Assembly (NCBI GenBank): GCA_963668025.2 | Contig: CAXXTH010000010.1 | Span: 448,001 to 512,000, forward strand | DNA: 64,000 nt | Direction: 5' to 3' | DNA from: Candidatus Hydrogenedentota bacterium | GTDB lineage: Bacteria; Hydrogenedentota; Hydrogenedentia; Hydrogenedentales; SLHB01 | In this document: positions 1-9,946 of the stretch, piece after piece | Position numbering within the stretch: the first letter of the stretch is position 1 | Layout: every line of letters begins with the position of its first letter | Notes under the pieces: model-generated | What the model saw: only the letters and a program-made list of their open reading frames with translations | What the model was told of the DNA's origin: nothing | Database searches by the model: none | Made by a program: the position numbers and the translations under genes

Positions 1-123
1 CTTTTCCTGGAACCCAAACCACGGACCCTGCTATACTTAGCCCGTTTGGTTTGTTCTTCATAAATTGAGCCAGCGCATGGAGCCTGCCGGCTCCACTGCG
101 GCATTGGCAGGGAGTTGCCTGAT

Positions 124-2157
124 ATGTCCAATACGCCCGCCGCTCCGCCGACGGATTATGTGAAGCTGCTCCTTACCCGGAAAAATATAGGCCTTATCGC
201 AGGCAGCGCCATGTTATGCCTGGTGCTGGCAACCCTCGCGAATCTCTTAACGCCTGAACGGTATGAGGCCCGCACCACGCTTGTGCTGTCACCACCGCCG
301 TATAAAGACAAACAGGAGGGCACGATCGGCAAGCTGATGCCGGAAACGCTGCATGTGAAGGATATCGAAGTCATCGTGACCTGCGACGCCGTTCTGTCCA
401 AAACCTTGGAGGAGCTGGAAATTGGCGGCCAAATCCCCCAAGATGAGATGGAAGCGTTGAAAGAACCAGGTGAATTCGTTGATTTGCTGCGGGTGGACAC
501 GACAGAGATCGCGAAGAGCGCCACCACCGGGGCCACTTTCTCCAAAGTCATTAATCTCGCCGCCCGTGGCGATACGCGCGAAACCTCGGAGTGTATCGCC
601 AAAACGTGGGCTAAAGTCGCCCAACAAGTCATTTTGGACTATATGGGCGGAACCTCCACCGAAACATTCGACTTCCTTGAAAGGGAGTTTAACGACGCCA
701 CCGATAATTTGGTCAGCGCCGAGGATAGTGAGCGTTCCACCCAAGACGGATATGACCAGAAGGTCTCGACGCATCAAAAAGACACGGCCACGCAGGTGGG
801 AGAACACCGGGATGCTTCGGATATGCAAGTAAGGCAATTCGAAGATGAGACCGATCAGCAATTGCGTGAATTTCGCGACAAGTCTGACCTGGAAATTGCG
901 TCATATGAAACCGAAACAGACATCCTGCTTCAAAAACACCAGGATTCAACGGCTGAACTGTTGAAAAAGAAATCCGATGAATGGTCGGACAAACTGGCCA
1001 AACTGCGCGCGGAGTTGAAACTAGACGAGCTTCAAGCCCGCCTTGGCTGGCTGCAGCAACGGCTTTATGGATATACGTTCAGCGTCGGCGGAAACACCGG
1101 GAAAAAAACAGAACAAACATCGGATAAAGCGCTGGCCGCCCTTTTTGGCGAAGTGGTTCCCGAATTGGCGGCGTCCTCTAGCGGCCAATCATCCTCTACA
1201 GGCGGCGATTTGCCCTTAAGCCTTGAAGACCAAAAAATGGAGCTGATGACCCGGCGTGCGCAGCTCGAGGGGCAAATCAAGGAAGCCACGGCGGAGCTCG
1301 AGAAGCATCCGGAAGTGCTGGTGCTCTCGAAAGCCATCACCGATGACGCCTTATGGCAGAAATCCAATGCGAACGGGGAAACCGGCGGCATTCCGAAAAG
1401 CCTTGATGCTCTGAAGCTTCGCAGTGAAATCATCAATCCCACCTACTTGCAGCTTATGCAAAAATTGAGCGACGCGCGAGTCGCCTTGAATGCCTTACCG
1501 AAACTGGAGGCCATGGTGGATGAACAGATCACTGCAAAACAGAAAGATTATGCCGATACCCTGGGCGAATACGAAAACAAAACCTTTCAGCTCCAAGAGC
1601 AAGAACGCCAGCGGAATATGGAGATAGAAATACTCAAACGCGAGCGGGATGTGGATGAACAAAAATTAGACCGGGATCGTACCGTGGGGCAAGAAGCATT
1701 GGTTCGCCAGCGGCGTACGGAAGAGGCCGTCTTGCAGCGCGGCCGGAATACGGACTTGTCCATCTTGAAACGCTCTCGAGAAACCGAATTAACGTTGTTG
1801 CAATTGGACCGCACCACCGGCCTCGACATGTTGACGCGGGAATCGGAGCTTATGACCGCCCGCGACCAACGCATGGTGAAACACCGCAAAGACAAATACG
1901 ATGTCTTGCACGACAGCTACCTCACCGCCGCTTTGGCGCAAGCAAATAAGGCTGGCGATATCTATATGGTCGCCGCGGACGCCACCTTGGGAAATCCCAT
2001 GCCTCGCCACACCACCATCCGGCTGGGGGCGGCCTTGCTGACGGGCGCTTTAATGGCCATGGGCTACGTTCTGCTGAGCCATCATCTCCAAGAAGGCGAA
2101 GGAACCGGCGGGAAAATACAGCCGCCCAAGAAAACGGAAGTGGAAGTGCTCGCATAA
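124..2157 (+). CDS. Wzz/GumC-like polysaccharide chain-length determinant with extended coiled coil
   Basis: N-terminal TM followed by [12 protein letters not shown] (Wzz-like), long helical region, Pro-containing linker and Gly-rich C-terminal TM. ATG at 124 follows GGGAG. Confidence 0.75.
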   Translation: MSNTPAAPPTDYVKLLLTRKNIGLIAGSAMLCLVLATLANLLTPERYEARTTLVLSPPPYKDKQEGTIGKLMPETLHVKDIEVIVTCDAVLSKTLEELEIGGQIPQDEMEALKEPGEFVDLLRVDTTEIAKSATTGATFSKVINLAARGDTRETSECIAKTWAKVAQQVILDYMGGTSTETFDFLEREFNDATDNLVSAEDSERSTQDGYDQKVSTHQKDTATQVGEHRDASDMQVRQFEDETDQQLREFRDKSDLEIASYETETDILLQKHQDSTAELLKKKSDEWSDKLAKLRAELKLDELQARLGWLQQRLYGYTFSVGGNTGKKTEQTSDKALAALFGEVVPELAASSSGQSSSTGGDLPLSLEDQKMELMTRRAQLEGQIKEATAELEKHPEVLVLSKAITDDALWQKSNANGETGGIPKSLDALKLRSEIINPTYLQLMQKLSDARVALNALPKLEAMVDEQITAKQKDYADTLGEYENKTFQLQEQERQRNMEIEILKRERDVDEQKLDRDRTVGQEALVRQRRTEEAVLQRGRNTDLSILKRSRETELTLLQLDRTTGLDMLTRESELMTARDQRMVKHRKDKYDVLHDSYLTAALAQANKAGDIYMVAADATLGNPMPRHTTIRLGAALLTGALMAMGYVLLSHHLQEGEGTGGKIQPPKKTEVEVLA

Positions 2158-2239
2158 CTGGGAAATCTACAGCACGAAAATGTTTGAATACAGCGAAAGT
2201 CTGCTTTCGCCAGGAAACCGATACAGGAAGGACCGCCGC

Positions 2240-5200
2240 ATGTACGTCCAGCAAGTCATCCAGACGCTGAATGCTTTTTGGGAAAACAAAGGCTGCATTC
2301 TTTGGCAGCCGTATCATACCGAAGTGGGCGCGGGCACCTCGAACCCGGCTACATTTCTGCGGGTGCTTGGCCCCGAGCCTTGGTGGGTGGCTTATCCCGA
2401 ACCTAGCACGCGCCCAGCCGACGGGCGTTACGGCGAGAATCCCAACCGGCTCCAGCACTATTACCAATACCAGGTTATATTAAAGCCGTCGCCCCCGAAT
2501 GTGCAGGAATTGTACTTGCAATCGTTCGAGGCCCTGGGCCTTGATCTCTCGAAACACGATTTCCGATTTGTCGAAGATAACTGGCAGTCTCCCTCACTGG
2601 GCGCGTGGGGCTTGGGCTGGGAGGCCTGGCTCGATGGCATGGAAGTGCTCCAGTTCACGTATTTCCAGGAATGTGGCGGCCTCAAGCTGGATGTGCGCGC
2701 CTGCGAATTGACGTACGGCATCGAGCGCATCTCCATGTATCTTCAAGGTGTCGAGAGTGTGTACGACCTCAAATGGGCCCCCTCGGGCATTACATATGGC
2801 GACATCTTCCACGCCCAGGAAGTCGAATACTGCAAATACAACTTCGAGGCAGCCGATACGGAGCGCCTGTTTCATGTTTTTGACTTGTGGGAGGCCGAGG
2901 CCTCGAGGCTGGTGGATTCAGGCCTAATTCTACCCGCATATGACCATTGCCTGCGCTTGTCGCACTTGTTCAACCTCCTCGATGCGCGGGGTGCGTTGTC
3001 GGTGATCGAGCGGGGGCGTTTTCTCCTGCGCTGCCGGTCGGTGTCGGAACGCTGCGCGAAAGGATATTTCGCACAGCGTGAAGCCATGGGATTCCCGCTC
3101 ATGCGTCTGCCGCGCCCAGGCGCCTCACCCGCCGCTGCTCCACTTTCGGTGGATTCCACCGCGCTCGCCGAGCGCGATACGCTGCTGATCGAGATTGGCG
3201 TCGAGGAAATGCCGCATAAAGACGTGAAAGCTGTCTTGAACCAAGCGCCTGCTCTTGTCGAGAAACTGTTACATGAACATGAACTCGAACACGGCCCAGT
3301 AACTTTATATGTAACGCCCCGCCGCATCGCCGTCCAGATTGAAGGCATGCCCGCGCGCCAAAACGATGTGGTGAAGGAAGTGCGCGGCCCGCGCAAGAGC
3401 GCCGCGAAGAATGCGTCCGGTGAGTGGACCATCCCCGCGCGTAAATTCGCGGAAGCCAATGGGGCGGGCGTTGACGATATTTTCTTCCAAGGCGAAGGTA
3501 AAGACGAGTTCTGTTATGTCAAATCCCATGCGAAGGGCAAACGCATCAAACAGTTCCTGCCGGAGCTGGTGTCTGGCATTCTGCGCGGCCTGCAATTCGG
3601 CAAATCCATGGGCTGGGAGGATTCCACGGTGACATTCTCGCGGCCTGTGCGCTGGCTCCTCGCACTCCACGGCGCAACCGCCCTGCCGGTTTCCTGGAAG
3701 CTGCGCGACGCCGACGCCATCGGCCCGGAACGCTCCATCGAATCGGGCGCGGTGAGCTATGGCCACCGGCGGCTCAAACCGGGCCCCGTGGCTATCGGGT
3801 CGGCTTCCGAATACCTCGAACGCCTGCGCGGCGCGGATGTGCTCGCGGACCGCGACGAACGCATGAAAGCATTGCGCGATGGCGTCGCGAAACATTGCGC
3901 CGCACTTGGCTTGCAGGCGGAAGATGACGAAGGGCTTTTCGATGAGATTTGTGATCTTACGGAATGGCCCGAACCCATTGTGTGCGAAATCCCCGAAGAA
4001 GCCCTGGCGCTGCCTGAAGCGATTATCATCACGCCCATGAAAGTCCACCAGCGCTATATTCCGCTGCGAACCGCCGACGGCAAACTAAGCCGCCATTTCC
4101 TCGCTGTAGCCAATGGCGCGCACAGCGAAGAAGGCCGCGCGATTATTAAGGAAGGCAACGAAAAGGTGCTCAATGCGCGCCTGCGCGACGCGAAATATTT
4201 CTGGGACACGGACATCAAGACGCCGCTGCGCCATTTCTCCGAGCGGCTGTCGAACGTGATGTTCCATCAAGAACTCGGTGCGATGTCGGATAAAGTGGGA
4301 CGCCTGCGCGATCTATTCTTCACACTCAAGGAATCCTTCCCGAAAGTGAATGACGACCGCATGAAGGAAGTCCTGCTGCTCATGAAGGCCGACCTTACGA
4401 CGCAGATGGTTTTCGAGTTCGACTCCCTGGAAGGGGTCGTCGGGATGCTATATGCGCGTGAACAGGGCATGGACGAAGAGATCGCCCAAGCGTTGTTCGA
4501 GCATCGCCTGCCGCGCCGCGCAGGGGATGCGCTGCCGAAAAACAATTTCGCCATCATCGCGGGCGTTCTCGACCGATTCGATACCTTGGCGGGTTATTTC
4601 GGCATTGGCATTCGCCCCAAAGGCACGAGCGATCCCTACGCCCTTCGCCGCAACGCCCTTGCGCTGCTGGCGATCATTCAATCGGCGGAACTCGATTTTG
4701 ATCTCGATATGTTCGCCCGAGCCGCCATCGCTAATTACGGCGATGTTGTCGCCATGCCCGATCAAACCCTTACAGCGCTCCTCGATTTCTTTGCCGACCG
4801 CCTGGCGGTCCTCGCGCGCGACGAGGGATATCCGCACGACCACGTGGCCGCCGCCCTCGCGGCGCACAGGCGGCGTCCCGTGAAGTTCTTCCGCTGCCTC
4901 GAAGCCATGAAAGCCCTGGACGCGGAGGCGCTGCAAAACTTGGCCGAACAAGCAAAGCGCATGAAACGCATCGCGAAGGAGCCTGCGGCGGAATTCGATA
5001 TGGAGTTGATTACCGAAGAAGAATCGATGCTGGCCAGCTTCCGGAACATCCAAACCCAATGCGTGCGGGAGCATGTCGAGGCGGAAGATTTTTCCTTGGC
5101 GTTTGAGAACGTGCTCGGATTCGTGCCGGTGGTGGACCAGTATTTCCAAGATGTGATGGTCAACGATCCGGACCTGGCCATTCGCGGAAACCGGCACGCC

Positions 5201-5278
5201 CTGCTACGCGATGTCCTTGCCGCCATGACGCTGCCCGCGGACTTCACGCAAATCGAGAAGAAGGACTTGTCTGTATAA
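2240..5278 (+). CDS. glyQS: Glycine-tRNA ligase, fused alpha/beta subunits
   Basis: Alpha motifs GAGT-NP and [19 protein letters not shown], then beta motifs [19 protein letters not shown] and DPYALRR in one ORF. Confidence 0.95.
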   Translation: MYVQQVIQTLNAFWENKGCILWQPYHTEVGAGTSNPATFLRVLGPEPWWVAYPEPSTRPADGRYGENPNRLQHYYQYQVILKPSPPNVQELYLQSFEALGLDLSKHDFRFVEDNWQSPSLGAWGLGWEAWLDGMEVLQFTYFQECGGLKLDVRACELTYGIERISMYLQGVESVYDLKWAPSGITYGDIFHAQEVEYCKYNFEAADTERLFHVFDLWEAEASRLVDSGLILPAYDHCLRLSHLFNLLDARGALSVIERGRFLLRCRSVSERCAKGYFAQREAMGFPLMRLPRPGASPAAAPLSVDSTALAERDTLLIEIGVEEMPHKDVKAVLNQAPALVEKLLHEHELEHGPVTLYVTPRRIAVQIEGMPARQNDVVKEVRGPRKSAAKNASGEWTIPARKFAEANGAGVDDIFFQGEGKDEFCYVKSHAKGKRIKQFLPELVSGILRGLQFGKSMGWEDSTVTFSRPVRWLLALHGATALPVSWKLRDADAIGPERSIESGAVSYGHRRLKPGPVAIGSASEYLERLRGADVLADRDERMKALRDGVAKHCAALGLQAEDDEGLFDEICDLTEWPEPIVCEIPEEALALPEAIIITPMKVHQRYIPLRTADGKLSRHFLAVANGAHSEEGRAIIKEGNEKVLNARLRDAKYFWDTDIKTPLRHFSERLSNVMFHQELGAMSDKVGRLRDLFFTLKESFPKVNDDRMKEVLLLMKADLTTQMVFEFDSLEGVVGMLYAREQGMDEEIAQALFEHRLPRRAGDALPKNNFAIIAGVLDRFDTLAGYFGIGIRPKGTSDPYALRRNALALLAIIQSAELDFDLDMFARAAIANYGDVVAMPDQTLTALLDFFADRLAVLARDEGYPHDHVAAALAAHRRRPVKFFRCLEAMKALDAEALQNLAEQAKRMKRIAKEPAAEFDMELITEEESMLASFRNIQTQCVREHVEAEDFSLAFENVLGFVPVVDQYFQDVMVNDPDLAIRGNRHALLRDVLAAMTLPADFTQIEKKDLSV

Positions 5279-5389
5279 AAAGAATAAGGAAACACAGCAA
5301 GTTTTAGTGGTATATAGTTTTGGGCTGATTGGCGATATCATCGGTGTGCCTTATCGGGACACGCGTTATGTATTTTCTCCTCTATTGCC

Positions 5390-5633
5390 GTAGGGTGGGG
5401 CTTGCCCTACCGTTAATGGTTTTCAATCCTACTGGTGGGGCAAGCCCCACCCTACCCTTTTCCCGTGGCATGGGCGTCCCCATGCGCATGGCCAGGACGG
5501 CCATGTCACGACATTTAGAAAAAAGAGGAAAGAGAAGATAAAAGCGGCGGCAAGCTGCCACTATCCATATAAATTATCTGTTATCCTTGCGTGAAGAGGG
5601 GAACAAGGTGTGGGATCGGCGCTCTCGCCGGTT
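5390..5633. repeat. Cluster of four REP-like palindrome families
   Basis: GTAGGGTGGGGCTTGCCC/GGGGCAAGCCCCACCCTAC pair (5390-5455); CGTGGCATGGGCGTCC..GGACGGCCATGTCACG (5464-5510); AAAGCGGCGGCAAGCTGCC (5541-5567); GTGGGATCGGCGCTCTCGCCGGT (5610-5633). Three of these recur elsewhere in the window. Confidence 0.8.
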
Positions 5634-5676
5634 GTCTTATTGATGTTATCATGGATTAGAAGGAGGCTGTTACTCC

Positions 5677-7431
5677 GTGATGGAATCGTCCAAATCACAC
5701 CAATGGCTAGAGCGCGGCATACTGGCGGGTATTCTGCTCGTGGCGGTGTTGCTCCGGTTTTGGGGGATCACGGAAAGCGGGATCTTTTCCGTCGATGAAG
5801 GGCGTTACCTGCTCGATGCCCAGAGCAAGCTCGCCGAGATGCAAGGGTGGGCGGGCATTGCGCAGGGCAAGTTCGCGGAAATGCGCGGCGGGCCGGAGTT
5901 CCAGCTCGAACCGTATGTCCAAACGCTTCAAAGCCAACTGGCGGCCCATGCGCCGTTTCTGCCCAAAGTGTTGTTTTCATATCTCGTGGCTCTAGTGATG
6001 AGCGTCACGGGATTCACGGTTTGGGCGGGCAATGCCGTCGAGGCCGGTTTCGGCGCGCTCACCGTGGCAGCCACGTATGTGTTCGCCGCCCGTTTGCTGG
6101 GCAAACGCACGGGGATTCTCGCGGCGGGGCTGCTGGCGATTCTTTGTTATCATGTCTATTATTCCCGCAACACTTATCCCCAATGCACCTCTGGCTTTTT
6201 CTTTCTCGCGGCGATGATGGCCCATCATGCATGGAACGAAGCCGCGCGCGAGGGGCGTCCCGCGCGAAGATGGCTGGCGGCCTCGGGCGTTTGCGCGGGA
6301 TTGTCGTTTCTGGCGAATTTCCAAGCGGCGGGCGCATTGTCCGCCTTGGCATTCGCCCACATCGCCACGTCGGCGGCACGCCCCGGATGGCGCGCACGGG
6401 CGCAAGCGTGCTGTATCGAAGGCGCTTGGCTCGCCATGAGCTTCTGCGCCGTCTTGCTGCTGGCCGAGGCCTCGACGTATCCCATGGTTTTGATGTTCCA
6501 CTCGTTTGGAATGGAATTTCCCCATCAGACCTTTTTCGAGCTGCTTGCGCCGCGCATGGGCATGCACACCGGCGTGGGCGTAAACACGGCGGGCGTGCTG
6601 TTGTTTCCTTACTTTCTGAGCATGTTCGAGAAAGGCCATGTCCTCCTGGGGCTGCTTTTGCTGCTGGGCGCGGCGGCGCAACTGCGCAAGAGGGAATGGA
6701 CTCCCCGCGCGCGTGTGGCGCTGATGTATCTTGCCGCCGCCTGCCTGCCGTGGGCCATCTATTCATTTAAGAGCTTGCAGGGTGCGCGGACGTTTGTCTA
6801 CATCCTTCCCCTCTTCGCCATCTGCCTGGCCCAGTGTGTTCTTGCTTTATGGCGGCATCCCTTCCCAGCAGCACCTCGGCTGAAGCAAGGGCTGATCGGC
6901 GTGGCGTGCGCGCTCGTGGCGATATCCTCCTTATACGGGGATGTGCAGACGCTCCGGCTTCGCTCCGCGTATCCGGAGGCTATGGCGTTTATCGCGCAAA
7001 CACCAGAACGCGCCGCGTGTGCGTCATGGTCCGCCGTGCTCGATTGTTACTTGCAGGTGAATGGACTCGATGGCGGCAGTTATTATGATTACGCCGCCTC
7101 GGGTGAAGCCCCGCCCCCGTATTTCATGAGCGATTTCCAGGAGCTTTACTACCAGCATTACCCGGATGAACCGCTGGTTGCGCCGACAGGGGCGATACCC
7201 GCGCATGTCTTTCGACACCGGTTGAGCCCCGCGTTTCTGGCCGCCGAGGTGTTGCCGCCCTATGGGCGCACGATGGAAAGCATCCGGTATGTGAACACGC
7301 TCGATGCGAATCGCGCGGAAGCATTGTGCGTGTTTGACCTGCGCCAGACCGGCGTCCGCCAGGCGGACGCGCCTAGCGGGACAGCCCACAAAGGTTTGTG
7401 GGATTTATATCCGTCCAAAAAATCGCCATGA
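5677..7431 (+). CDS. GT-C fold membrane glycosyltransferase (ArnT/PMT family)
   Basis: LRFWG..DE motif after TM1; multiple TM segments. Confidence 0.75.
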   Translation: MMESSKSHQWLERGILAGILLVAVLLRFWGITESGIFSVDEGRYLLDAQSKLAEMQGWAGIAQGKFAEMRGGPEFQLEPYVQTLQSQLAAHAPFLPKVLFSYLVALVMSVTGFTVWAGNAVEAGFGALTVAATYVFAARLLGKRTGILAAGLLAILCYHVYYSRNTYPQCTSGFFFLAAMMAHHAWNEAAREGRPARRWLAASGVCAGLSFLANFQAAGALSALAFAHIATSAARPGWRARAQACCIEGAWLAMSFCAVLLLAEASTYPMVLMFHSFGMEFPHQTFFELLAPRMGMHTGVGVNTAGVLLFPYFLSMFEKGHVLLGLLLLLGAAAQLRKREWTPRARVALMYLAAACLPWAIYSFKSLQGARTFVYILPLFAICLAQCVLALWRHPFPAAPRLKQGLIGVACALVAISSLYGDVQTLRLRSAYPEAMAFIAQTPERAACASWSAVLDCYLQVNGLDGGSYYDYAASGEAPPPYFMSDFQELYYQHYPDEPLVAPTGAIPAHVFRHRLSPAFLAAEVLPPYGRTMESIRYVNTLDANRAEALCVFDLRQTGVRQADAPSGTAHKGLWDLYPSKKSP

Positions 7432-7458
7432 CAGGCTGCATCGTTCCATATCCGTTTC

Positions 7459-7514
7459 ATGAGATCCCGTAGCATGGGCGTCCCGCCCATGCGCATGGCC
7501 GGGACGGCCATGCC
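7459..7514. repeat. GTAG-type REP doublet cut at the IS boundary
   Basis: CCCGTAGCATGGGCGTCCCGCCCATG..GGGACGGCCATGCC; same family at 5464, 9737 and 55924. Confidence 0.8.
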
Positions 7515-7632
7515 CTGGAGTTTCTACCTTTTTTGGGCGAGGTGGACACGCTTTTTCTCTTGCCATCGCACAGCTTATCGTCTTTGTCGTAGCTTCCCTT
7601 TCGCCGAATAGGCCGGTCATTTAAAATATATA

Positions 7633-7661
7633 TTGACATACCGACTCGTTTGTGCTACAAT
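7633..7661 (+). promoter_or_regulatory. Sigma70-type promoter inside the IS
   Basis: TTGACA-17 bp-TACAAT with extended -10 TG, upstream of an AGGAGG RBS. Confidence 0.75.
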
Positions 7662-7689
7662 CTTGTTGGCTAGGCAGGAGGGCAGCGCC

Positions 7690-8025
7690 ATGAATGACGA
7701 ATTGCGTGACACGATCCTAGAGGCTATGGAAAAAGGGCTTGAGGCGCAGCTTCGGGCGGTGCGCCGTCTGCGTAGGGGGGAAGAATCCAGGGAGGAGCCA
7801 CGACCCAGAACAAGTATGTCGCAAGTAGATATGGCATATGACATACTCTTGAGGGCCGCTCATCCCCTTCATGTCAATGAGATCCTGAGTCGCATTCATG
7901 CGGTCTTCGGCATTACGGTGGACCGGGAAAGCCTGGTGTCTTCCCTCACCAAAAAGGTGGCTCGGGAAGACCGCTTTGTCCGCGCGGACAAGAACACCTT
8001 CGGACTCAAAGGAGGCAAGCGATGA
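7690..8025 (+). CDS. HARE-HTH-like winged-helix protein (IS accessory gene)
   Basis: SQVDMAYDILLRAAHPLHVNEIL...RFVRADKNTFGLK pattern; stop overlaps the transposase start (ATGA). Confidence 0.7.
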   Translation: MNDELRDTILEAMEKGLEAQLRAVRRLRRGEESREEPRPRTSMSQVDMAYDILLRAAHPLHVNEILSRIHAVFGITVDRESLVSSLTKKVAREDRFVRADKNTFGLKGGKR

Positions 8026-9401
8026 GTCTTTTACACGAATGGCTCAACGTTACCGAGCGCTGGCGCGATGCTTTTGCCCAAGAGCGCACCACCGTGCGTG
8101 CGGTGCGGCAGGGACTTGGGTCACTGGTCTGTTTGGGGCGGCGCACAATCACGCGGACCCTTTGGGCCTGTGGTCGCGAGAATCTGCCGTGGCAGGCTGA
8201 ATACCACATGTACGGCCGCGCCAAGTGGGACCCCCAGCAGCTCTTCGACCCTATTTGGGAAGGAGCCCTGCCCCAGTGTGAAGACCCGCTTGTAGGCGTC
8301 GCCGTCGATGATACCAAGCTGCACAAGACCGGCCGGTGCATTGTCCAGGCTTTTCATCAGCGCGACCCCCTGTCCCCGCCGTTCCACACCAATCTCATTC
8401 TGGGCCTGCGTTTCCTGCAGGCCTCCCTTCTCGTACCGCTTCACCAAGGCGGCGCCTTTAGTTGCCGCGCCTTGCCCGTGCGTTTCGAGGAGTCTTCCCC
8501 CGCCAAGAAGCCTGGCAAGCGCGCAAGCGAGGAGGAGTGGATGGCGTACAAGCAGCGCCGTAAAGAGAAGAACCTTTCAACCCATTGCGTGGCGATGATG
8601 GACTCCTTGCGCGCATCCCTCGACGCCGTCGGCGCCAGGGAGAAAACCTTGGTCATGGCCCTCGACGGCAGCTTTTGCAACCAGACCGTCTTCGGCGCTG
8701 AACGCGACCGCACCCACCTCATCGCCCGTGCCCGCAAGGACGCAGTCCTATGCTTTGGCGCTCCAGAGGGTTCGCGGCGTTTCTATGCCCAAGAAAAATT
8801 CACCCCCGAGCAAGTACGCCAGGACGATAGCATCCCCTGGAAGACTACGAAGCTATTCTACGGCGGCAAACGCCGCAAGGTCCGCTACAAGGAAATCAAG
8901 ACCCTCTACTGGCAAGGCGGCGCGCGCCGTCTTCCCCTCCGCCTTTTCGCTATCGCTCCCACCCCCTACCGCAAGCGGAAAAGCAGTAAGCTTTATTACC
9001 GGCAACCAGCCTACCTTCTTTGTACCGACAGGGTTCACGCCGCACAGAGGCTGCTCCAGATCTACTTCGACCGCTGGCAGATTGAAGTCAACCATCGCGA
9101 GGAAAAGGACACCTTGGGCGTCGGACAAGCTCAGCTCTGGAACCCCAATGCCGTACCCAAGCAGCCCCCGCTTGCCATCGCCGCCTACAGCGCATTGCTA
9201 CTGGCCGCCATAAAAACCTTTGGCCCCGAACGAAATAGTGCATACGCCCCGCTGCCACGGTGGCGAAAACACGCCACACGCCCATCGTGCCTCGCTCTCA
9301 TCACTCTATTGAGAAAAGAGATGGACGAACAGCCCCATTTGCTCCGTCCACTCGGCATAGAAACCTCCAGAGCAACAATGGCAAGCGCCGCGGCTGCTTG
9401 A
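8022..9401 (+). CDS. DDE transposase, IS4/IS701 clan
   Basis: VAVDDT, ALDGSF and an exact Y-x2-R-x3-E-x6-K signature (YFDRWQIEVNHREEK). Confidence 0.9.
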   Translation: MSLLHEWLNVTERWRDAFAQERTTVRAVRQGLGSLVCLGRRTITRTLWACGRENLPWQAEYHMYGRAKWDPQQLFDPIWEGALPQCEDPLVGVAVDDTKLHKTGRCIVQAFHQRDPLSPPFHTNLILGLRFLQASLLVPLHQGGAFSCRALPVRFEESSPAKKPGKRASEEEWMAYKQRRKEKNLSTHCVAMMDSLRASLDAVGAREKTLVMALDGSFCNQTVFGAERDRTHLIARARKDAVLCFGAPEGSRRFYAQEKFTPEQVRQDDSIPWKTTKLFYGGKRRKVRYKEIKTLYWQGGARRLPLRLFAIAPTPYRKRKSSKLYYRQPAYLLCTDRVHAAQRLLQIYFDRWQIEVNHREEKDTLGVGQAQLWNPNAVPKQPPLAIAAYSALLLAAIKTFGPERNSAYAPLPRWRKHATRPSCLALITLLRKEMDEQPHLLRPLGIETSRATMASAAAA

Positions 9402-9418
9402 TAATGGAGAAACTCCAG

Positions 9419-9441
9419 CGGTGGGGCAAGCCCCACCCTAC
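9419..9441. repeat. Single REP arm abutting the IS right end
   Basis: GGTGGGGCAAGCCCCACCCTAC, identical to 5434-5455. Confidence 0.85.
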
Positions 9442-9449
9442 AAAACCGG

Positions 9450-9586
9450 TAACAATTTAGCCAAGTGGTGAAGAATGACCGGCGAGGGCGTCGGTCATCA
9501 GATGGAAAATGATGTATCAATGCCGGTGCAAGGTAATAAGCAAGACTGCCAAATATCAAATGCTACTTCAGTAGGCTAAAGTGTTA
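9450..9586. mobile_element. MITE-like element, copy 1 (TA-bounded)
   Basis: Ends TAACAATTTAGCC and GGCTAAAGTGTTA (12/13 inverted). Alignable end to end with the reverse complement of 30579-30765. Confidence 0.8.
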
Positions 9587-9736
9587 GCAAAACCGCATCA
9601 TATTTTAGTGTAGTTCGTACTACTGTCTGGCAAAACGTTGTTTGCTTTCGATGATACCTAATCGAAATCCAGTCTCATCACATAGTTACATGTTCCGGCT
9701 CTTTACATGGCGTTTTGCATGAATTTTACTCATCAT

Positions 9737-9768
9737 ATGGGCGAGACGCCCATGCTACGGGAGATCAT
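9737..9768. repeat. REP arm, inverted partner of 7459-7490
   Basis: 32 bp with 3 mismatches to the reverse complement of 7459-7490. Confidence 0.8.
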
Positions 9769-9946
9769 ACATTGAGAAAAATTTATTGGCGTTCATTCGC
9801 GTCCATTCGCGGTTTAAAAGCAGGCCGTTTGGGTTGCGGCTTTACGGCTCCGCCGCCCTGTGCATTTCATCAAATTATGCTATACTACCCCCATCTTGTT
9901 GGCGCAAGAATGAGGGCTATATGGGGCAGCCCCGGGGCATGGTGCA

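Larger units (their letters stand above)
7515..9418 (+). mobile_element. Insertion sequence (IS4/IS701 clan), 1904 bp, two genes
   Basis: Terminal inverted repeats CTGGAGTTTCTAC (7515-7527) and GGAGAAACTCCAG (9406-9418) match at 12/13 positions. They enclose a promoter, an HTH gene and a DDE transposase. No target duplication visible. Confidence 0.85.

Noticed and set aside
9585-9720. Further TA-MITE with GCAAAAC..CAT ends
   Set aside because: Only a 10/12 inverted match with weak echoes at 12749 and 53035; too short to support.
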